Source: an uncultured bacterium (GTDB lineage Bacteria; Patescibacteriota; Microgenomatia; UBA1400; MFAQ01). Taken from it: a stretch of 64,000 bases of DNA. The notes beneath the pieces are model-generated. The model searched no databases. It saw only the letters and a program-made list of their open reading frames with translations, and was not told where the DNA came from. The first letter of the stretch is position 1. Every line of letters begins with the position of its first letter. Below are positions 58,801-64,000 of this stretch, piece by piece. Location: assembly GCA_963980225.1 (NCBI GenBank), contig CAXBYW010000003.1:32431-96430 (forward strand). The letters run 5' to 3'. A program made the translations under genes and the position numbers.

Positions 58801-59209
58801 ACAACCTCTAGGAGGAAAAGCTCAAAGAGGTGGTCAAAGATTGGGAGAAATGGAAGTTTGGGCCCTAGAAGCCCACAAAGCCGCCCATGGTTTACAGGAA
58901 ATGCTGACATTAAAGTCAGACGATGTGGTTGGTCGCTCAAAGGCCTTCGAAGCAATCGTTAAAGGACTACCTATTCCTGAATCCACTACTCCAGAATCAT
59001 TCAAGGTTTTAATAAAAGAACTAAACGCACTGAATCTAGCCATCATACCAGTGGGGACAGCCGCACCGGTGATAAAAGAAGCAGAGGTAGAGGAAACAAA
59101 GAAAGAAGTTCAAGAGGGAGTAGAAGACTCAAAACCAGACCATGTTTCTAGTAATTTGGCTTCTGAAGAAAACAATACTGAAGAATTAAAAACAACTAAT
59201 AACAAATAA
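55811..59209 (+). CDS. rpoB: DNA-directed RNA polymerase subunit beta
   Basis: 1132 aa with conserved RpoB blocks throughout. Confidence 0.95.
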   Translation: MHRKKRENWGNVKHKLPTLDLVKIQLDSYSDFLNNRIGESLLKVNPIKDFSGNAFQFEFLSHKIGDPKTTPKKALEKGITFDAPLWAIAKLTNLKTNKFQEKKVFLGDIPLMTSIGTFVINGVERVVINQLVRSPGVYFTKEIDPQSGRPLHKAEIRPIHGSWIEIMVSKNDHLSVRVDRRRKISVTTLLRAIGFSSNEEIEALFKDVDVDTDHPYIATTLLKDTSSNTDEALLEFYEKIRPGEPAVLENAKNLLKQMFFDHRRYNLGAVGRYKTNKKLASFRSVSTDSTTLTKDDLVATIKYLISLQNGKGKTDDIDHLANRRLRQVGELVDQTALRRGLLSLERSIREKMSLAKPEELHTPASFVNPRPVVAAIAEFFRRNRLSAILDQVNPLSEIDTIRRATVMGPGGVTRERASFSMRDIHNSQYSRIGPIRSPEGPNIGLVTYLALYTKVNKYGFLQSPYLKVDQITKNDKPLMKVTNEIVYLTADDEEDYYITHAEVGQKNSYITDKWVACRYQGEFIEVDVNKVQYIDIVPRQVVSTSASLIPFVHHDDGIRALMGSHMQTQAVPLLKAESPVIGTGMESVIASSMGWVVKARHAGTVTSSDGQHISIKISKKDASEATKAKLETEYGYIQIKSDIETYQIRKFYRTSQNTSYSQKPLVLAGEKVEAGDLIIDGPASENGELALGQNLLIAYMSFEGLGYEDAIVVSSRLLEKDLLSSIHISEHTAEVMDTKLGPEELTNDIPNVSEHDLRYLGTDGIIIPGSVVGPRDILIGKIAPKGETELTAEERLLRAIFGEKAREVRDTSLKLPHGDQGVVVSVQVLDREKGDELSPGVIQQVKVQVAQLRKITVGDKLAGRHGNKGVISKIVPKTDMPHMANGRPIDIIISPLSVLARMNLGQLLEAQLGIAAEAQDKKIAVPVFERIPEEKINQLLVKSGLPISGKLQLYDGRTGEKFIEKTATGVAYILKLIHMVEDKTHARSTGPYSLVTQQPLGGKAQRGGQRLGEMEVWALEAHKAAHGLQEMLTLKSDDVVGRSKAFEAIVKGLPIPESTTPESFKVLIKELNALNLAIIPVGTAAPVIKEAEVEETKKEVQEGVEDSKPDHVSSNLASEENNTEELKTTNNK

Positions 59210-59215
59210 AAATTT

Positions 59216-62200
59216 ATGAAAACTCCTCACGCATTTTCTGGCCTAAAGATACGCCTAGCTTCACCAGAAGAAGTTCGTGGTTGGTCAAATGGTGAAGTAA
59301 CAAAACCAGAAACCATCAATTATAGAACCCAAAAACCAGAAAAAGATGGCCTCTTTTGTGAAAGGATTTTTGGACCCACCAAGGATTGGGAATGTTACTG
59401 TGGTAAATACAAAAGAGTTAGATTTAGAGGTATCGTCTGTGATAAGTGTGGTGTAGAAGTTACCCAGAGTCGAGTTCGCAGAGAAAGAATGGGCCACTTA
59501 GAATTAGCCGCTCCAGTCTGTCATGTCTGGTTTTTTAAGGGAGCTCCATCCAAACTATCTCTTTTGTTAGATATCCCACCAAAAAGTCTTACTTCCATCG
59601 TTTATTTTTCTAAGTACCTAATACTTTCAGTTGACGAGGAAAAACAGAAGCAAGCCTTAAAGGACATAGAAATTGAGTTAAAGGGAAAGATTGAAGAAGT
59701 CCGCCAAATTTTTAATAAACAAATAGAAGAACTAAAAAGCAAAGCAAAGAAAGACTTAAGTAGTCTCAAAAAAGAAATTAAAGTGCAAGATGAGTTAGCT
59801 CTAAAAATAGACCAGTTAAAAACAGAGACAAAACGCTTGGTTGCTTCTCAGCGAGAGCAAATGGTTGGGGAAATAACTATGGTAGAAGAGATTTACAACA
59901 GGCTAACCGTATTAATCAAGCAAATCAAACAAAACGGTCTTTTATCCGACTCAGAGTATCAAAAACTTTTGGATTACAATAGTAGCGATTGGCTATCTGT
60001 TGACATGGGTGCAGAGGCAATCTTAGAAGCTATCAAAAAGGTTAATCTGGAAGCTTTGGTTTTAGATCTAAAAGAAGATTTAAACAGCACCTCAGAAGCC
60101 AAACGCCTAAAGGCCACGAAGAGGCTACAAGTAGCCCAAGGACTCTTGAGTGCGGAAGTCAATCCAGAATGGATGATTCTTCGCGTACTACCAATCATGC
60201 CTCCAGACCTAAGACCTATGGTTCAATTATCTGGTGGTAGATTTGCGGCTTCTGATTCCAATGATTTATATAGAAGGGTTATTAATAGAAATAACAGGCT
60301 TAAACATCTTTTAGATCTTGGCGCGCCAAAAATAATTGTAAGAAACGAAAAAAGGATGCTTCAAGAGTCAGTTGACTCTCTTATAGACGCTTCTCAAGCA
60401 AAAACAAGCCGCAGAACCCGAGCGGGTCGGGATCTCAAGAGTCTGTCTGACTCCTTAAAGGGTAAACAAGGTCGTTTCCGTCAAAATCTATTAGGAAAAC
60501 GTGTAGACTACTCAGGTCGTTCAGTGATTGTTGTTGGTCCAGAACTAAAACTAAATCAATGTGGTCTTCCAAAAGACATGGCTTTAGAAATGTTTAAACC
60601 TTTTGTTCTTCATGAAGTAATCAAGCAAGACTTAGCTCCAAATGTAAGAGCCGCTAAAGACCTGATAGAAAAACGCCAGCCAGAAATTTTTGATATCCTA
60701 GAAAAAGTCACCAGGAAGCACCCTGTCCTTCTAAATCGTGCTCCAACCTTACATAAACTGTCCATTCAAGCCTTTTGGCCAGTATTAGTGGAAGGAGCAG
60801 CTATTAGGTTGCATCCAGTGGTTTGTGCTGGTTTCAATGCCGACTTTGATGGAGACCAAATGGCCGTCCATGTTCCTTTAACAAAAAAGGCCAGGAAAGA
60901 AGCAGTTAAATACATGCTTCCAGAGAAAAATCTTCTTAAGCCATCAGATGGACACCCAGAAAGCATTCCAGACAAAAAAGAAATGGCCATTGGTGTCTAT
61001 TACCTCACTTCCCATGATCCAGAACTACCAGAGATTTTAACTGTTTTTTCTTCACCAGAAGAAGCCAAAAAAGCCTATCAAACAGGTACAATAAGCTTCC
61101 GTCAACTTATTAAAGTTCGTTTACTACCGACATCTAAGGAGATAACTGAAACAACAACAGGAAGAATTATATTTAATGATATCTTGCCCGTAGAATGGGA
61201 ATTCATAAACCATGGATTAACTAGAAAAGAAATAAGCTCTTTATTTGAGAGAGCCATTAAACAGCTTGATAGTAAGGACGTGGTTAAGTTAATAGATGCA
61301 GTAAAAGATTTGGGCTTTGAAACAGGAACAATATCTGGCCTATCATTTGCAATAACAGACAATGAACTATATGCAGACAAGGATAAGGTTATTGAAGAGG
61401 CTAATCAAAAAGCTAAGGAAATAGAAGACAACTTCAAGCTTGGTCTGATTACCAATGACGAAAGAAAAAAACTAGTTGTACAAATGTGGATGGATACAAC
61501 AGAAGATTTGACCGAAAAAACATGGAAATCATTCTCTAAAGACAACCCGGTTCGATTGATTGTTGATACAGGAATGGGTCGTATCACAAAGAATACCGTC
61601 AAACAGTTGTCTGCCATGAGGGGAATCAATGTAGATCCGTTAGGTAACTTTGTGGAGCTTCCTACCAAGGGTAATTTCCGTCAGGGTCTGTCAATTTTTG
61701 AATATGTAAATGCAATTCGTGGATCTAGAAAAGGTTTAACAGACACTGCTTTGAGGACCGCGGATGCAGGTTATTTGACTAGACGTTTGGTAGACGTGAG
61801 TCACGACGCAATCATCCGTTCTAAAGACTGCAACACCAAAGAGTTTATTGAAATAAGTCTTGACAAGCTCGGACCCGTTAAATTTTCAAGGCAAATAGTT
61901 GGTAGAAATGTTGCCAAAAAAGTTCTTGATCCAAATACAAAGAAAGTTTTGGTTAAAAAGGGTGAAAACATAAGTGAAGAAATGGTTTCGGTTATTGTTG
62001 CTGCTAAAGTAAAAATAATTTACGCTCGCTCACCTATTGTCTGTGGGCTAAAATCTGGGCTATGTATAGCATGTTATGGATTTAATTATGCTACCAATAA
62101 GCAGGCAGTTATTGGTGATCCAGTTGGAATCATCGCTGCCCAGTCAATTGGAGAGCCGGGGACACAGCTGACTATGAGAACTAAGCATTCTGGTGGTGTG

Positions 62201-62923
62201 GCAGGACTAGATGTAACCCAAGGCTTACCTAGGGTAACAGAGCTTTTTGAGGTCAGAACACCTAAAGTCCTATCTCCAGTTGCTGAAATAGCCGGAAAAG
62301 TAAGTGTTAAAGAAACACCTACTGGTTACAAGCTGACTATCGCTCCAACAAACTCGAAAGAAGAAGGTAAGGAGTATTTAATTCCTTTAGTGCAAAATAT
62401 GAGTGTTTCTCATGGTGACTTAGTTGGAGTAGGTACACAACTGGCTTCCGGTGGGATAGACGTAAAGAAGTATCTAAACATCAAGGGTTTAAGAGGTACG
62501 CAAGACTATTTGATTAAAGAGGTACAGTCCATATATGCATCACAAGGAATAAACATTCACAACAAGCATCTAGAGGTTATTGTTAGGCAGATGAGTGACA
62601 GGGTGAAAATAGATACTGTTGGAGATACAATTTTAATTCCAGGTGAAATACTTTCTATGGCAGGATTCGAAAGAGCTAACAAAGCTGCTATTGCACAAGG
62701 TGGAGAACCAGCTTCAGCAATAAGGTTAATCCTTGGTACTATCAGATCTTCTCTGTACACAGATTCATGGTTATCTGCTGCTTCTTTCCAGGACACAACT
62801 CAAGTATTAACCACTGCTTCTCTCCAGGGTAAGGTGGATCACTTAGTTGGATTAAAAGAGAACGTTATTATTGGAAGATTAATCCCCAGCAACAAAGCCA
62901 GGGCAAGTTTCGACACAGTCTGA
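59216..62923 (+). CDS. rpoC: DNA-directed RNA polymerase subunit beta'
   Basis: 1235 aa with a zinc-binding CxxC...CxxC N-terminus and NADFDGD. Confidence 0.95.
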   Translation: MKTPHAFSGLKIRLASPEEVRGWSNGEVTKPETINYRTQKPEKDGLFCERIFGPTKDWECYCGKYKRVRFRGIVCDKCGVEVTQSRVRRERMGHLELAAPVCHVWFFKGAPSKLSLLLDIPPKSLTSIVYFSKYLILSVDEEKQKQALKDIEIELKGKIEEVRQIFNKQIEELKSKAKKDLSSLKKEIKVQDELALKIDQLKTETKRLVASQREQMVGEITMVEEIYNRLTVLIKQIKQNGLLSDSEYQKLLDYNSSDWLSVDMGAEAILEAIKKVNLEALVLDLKEDLNSTSEAKRLKATKRLQVAQGLLSAEVNPEWMILRVLPIMPPDLRPMVQLSGGRFAASDSNDLYRRVINRNNRLKHLLDLGAPKIIVRNEKRMLQESVDSLIDASQAKTSRRTRAGRDLKSLSDSLKGKQGRFRQNLLGKRVDYSGRSVIVVGPELKLNQCGLPKDMALEMFKPFVLHEVIKQDLAPNVRAAKDLIEKRQPEIFDILEKVTRKHPVLLNRAPTLHKLSIQAFWPVLVEGAAIRLHPVVCAGFNADFDGDQMAVHVPLTKKARKEAVKYMLPEKNLLKPSDGHPESIPDKKEMAIGVYYLTSHDPELPEILTVFSSPEEAKKAYQTGTISFRQLIKVRLLPTSKEITETTTGRIIFNDILPVEWEFINHGLTRKEISSLFERAIKQLDSKDVVKLIDAVKDLGFETGTISGLSFAITDNELYADKDKVIEEANQKAKEIEDNFKLGLITNDERKKLVVQMWMDTTEDLTEKTWKSFSKDNPVRLIVDTGMGRITKNTVKQLSAMRGINVDPLGNFVELPTKGNFRQGLSIFEYVNAIRGSRKGLTDTALRTADAGYLTRRLVDVSHDAIIRSKDCNTKEFIEISLDKLGPVKFSRQIVGRNVAKKVLDPNTKKVLVKKGENISEEMVSVIVAAKVKIIYARSPIVCGLKSGLCIACYGFNYATNKQAVIGDPVGIIAAQSIGEPGTQLTMRTKHSGGVAGLDVTQGLPRVTELFEVRTPKVLSPVAEIAGKVSVKETPTGYKLTIAPTNSKEEGKEYLIPLVQNMSVSHGDLVGVGTQLASGGIDVKKYLNIKGLRGTQDYLIKEVQSIYASQGINIHNKHLEVIVRQMSDRVKIDTVGDTILIPGEILSMAGFERANKAAIAQGGEPASAIRLILGTIRSSLYTDSWLSAASFQDTTQVLTTASLQGKVDHLVGLKENVIIGRLIPSNKARASFDTV

Positions 62924-62941
62924 TAAAATACAGCCTAACCT

Positions 62942-63376
62942 ATGCCTACAATTAATCAACTCGTCAAACGAAAAAGAAAAAGCCTCAAAAAGAAGGTTAA
63001 GGCTTCTGCACTGCGTAAAAGCTTTAACTCTGTCAAGCGTCGCATGACAGACACAGTCAATCCTCACAAGAGCGGCGTCTGTCTTCAGGTTAAAACAATG
63101 ACTCCTAAGAAACCTAACTCAGCCCTAAGAAAGGTCGCTAGAGTAAGGCTTAGTAATCGTCAAGAAGTCACCGCTTATATAATGGGCGAGGGACACAATC
63201 TAGCAGAACACTCAGTAGTTTTAATCCGTGGCGGTCGTGTTAGAGATCTCCCCGGAGTTAAGTATCATATTGTTCGCGGTAAACTAGACACAGCGGGTGT
63301 TGAGGGTAGAAAATCAAGTCGCTCCAAATATGGTGCCAGAAAATCAGGAAATGCCCCAGTCAACCAAGACGCTTAA
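62942..63376 (+). CDS. rpsL: 30S ribosomal protein S12 (with an N-terminal basic insertion)
   Basis: [17 protein letters not shown]. 144 aa versus about 124 typical. Confidence 0.9.
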   Translation: MPTINQLVKRKRKSLKKKVKASALRKSFNSVKRRMTDTVNPHKSGVCLQVKTMTPKKPNSALRKVARVRLSNRQEVTAYIMGEGHNLAEHSVVLIRGGRVRDLPGVKYHIVRGKLDTAGVEGRKSSRSKYGARKSGNAPVNQDA

Positions 63377-63391
63377 TAAATTTATATAAAA

Positions 63392-63868
63392 ATGAGAACT
63401 AAGAAAGCCCCTAAAAGAAAAATAATAAAAGATTCCGTATACAGCTCTTCTCTGGTGAGTAAAATGATTAATGCTTGTATGTACAGTGGGAAAAAGACTA
63501 TCGCCCAAAAACATGTATATGGCGCTCTTCAAGTAATTAAGGATAAGACAAAAAAAGACGAATTAACAGTTTTAACAGAAGCGATAGAAAACATATCTCC
63601 TCAGATGGAAGTGAGACCAAGAAGAGTTGGTGGCGCCAGCTATCAAGTTCCTATGTCAGTTAGGCCGGACAGAAAACAAACCCTAGCTATAAGGTGGTTG
63701 ATTCAGTCTGCCAGACAAAGACCTAATGGTGAGTTTCACACCTTTGGAGAAAAAATAGCTGCTGAAGTTTTAGATGCACATCAAAATCAAGGAGCAAGTA
63801 TTAAGAAAAAACTAGATACTCAAAAAATGGCAGAAGCCAACCGCGCCTTCGCCCATTTCCGCTGGTAA
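63392..63868 (+). CDS. rpsG: 30S ribosomal protein S7
   Basis: S7 family motifs ([18 protein letters not shown]). Confidence 0.9.
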   Translation: MRTKKAPKRKIIKDSVYSSSLVSKMINACMYSGKKTIAQKHVYGALQVIKDKTKKDELTVLTEAIENISPQMEVRPRRVGGASYQVPMSVRPDRKQTLAIRWLIQSARQRPNGEFHTFGEKIAAEVLDAHQNQGASIKKKLDTQKMAEANRAFAHFRW

Positions 63869-63885
63869 TTATTTCCCACAAAATC

Positions 63886-64000
63886 ATGGCTACCATAAAA
63901 GACGACAAACAAAAAGATCTCTCCTTAGACAGGGTAAGAAATATTGGTGTTATTGCTCACATTGATGCTGGTAAGACTACTACCACAGAAAGAATACTTT
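63886..64000 (+). CDS. fusA: elongation factor G, N-terminal fragment (continues past the window end)
   Basis: [38 protein letters not shown] after the ATG at 63886. Confidence 0.85.
   Translation, partial: MATIKDDKQKDLSLDRVRNIGVIAHIDAGKTTTTERIL

Noticed and set aside
1-64000. Alternative genetic code (UGA=Gly, as in some CPR lineages)
   Set aside because: Long conserved proteins (rpoB, rpoC, dnaK, pnp, ftsK) read through uninterrupted under the standard code, and conserved genes end at TGA (for example rpoC and mltG). Code 11 applies.

Overview
This 64 kb window is a gene-dense, AT-rich (about 36-38% GC) bacterial chromosomal segment read with the standard genetic code. Gene content and architecture point to a Candidate Phyla Radiation / Patescibacteria-type organism. 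Supporting traits are a short IF-2, an AlaRS without its C-terminal domain, an N-terminally extended S12, tight gene overlaps, and Gram-positive-like envelope genes (FemAB, an LCP ligase, sortase, MurJ).

Most of the window is housekeeping.
- Heat shock and information processing: an hrcA-grpE-dnaK-dnaJ operon, nusA-infB, rpsO-pnp and rpoB-rpoC-rpsL-rpsG-fusA.
- Translation: metG, alaS, lepA, rpsT.
- RNA, division and cell wall: RNase J, FtsK, a RodZ-like protein, MltG and RuvX.
- DNA repair: two UvrD-family helicases, one fused to a Cas4/AddB-like iron-sulfur nuclease and sitting next to rmuC.

Three regions are accessory-like.
- Positions 1-8120 hold an envelope-glycan cluster built around polyprenyl-phosphate sugar chemistry. 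It has a partial UbiA-family (DPPR-synthase-like) prenyltransferase, a WecA/TagO-like GT4 transferase, a GtrA-like small membrane protein, an ArnT/PMT-like GT-C enzyme, an ABC exporter, a processive GT2 with a QxxRW motif, and an SDR.
- Positions 14787-16582 hold two tandem FemAB-family genes.
- Positions 20262-28284 hold a minus-strand block that runs PilN/PilO, then three secreted or surface proteins, then an FAD oxidoreductase and a large polytopic membrane protein. Two of the surface proteins end in an unusual (L/V)PEAG C-terminal sorting-signal-like module, and one is a cysteine-rich tandem-repeat protein. A sortase is encoded at 53287-54033.

Other notable items:
- a protease-less Lon-type AAA+ module;
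- a catalytically degenerate DHH/NrnA-like protein;
- a compact CIRCE-like palindrome inside the hrcA promoter;
- a promoter followed by a terminator-like hairpin in the rpoB leader.

I found no rRNA or tRNA genes, CRISPR arrays, or transposases.
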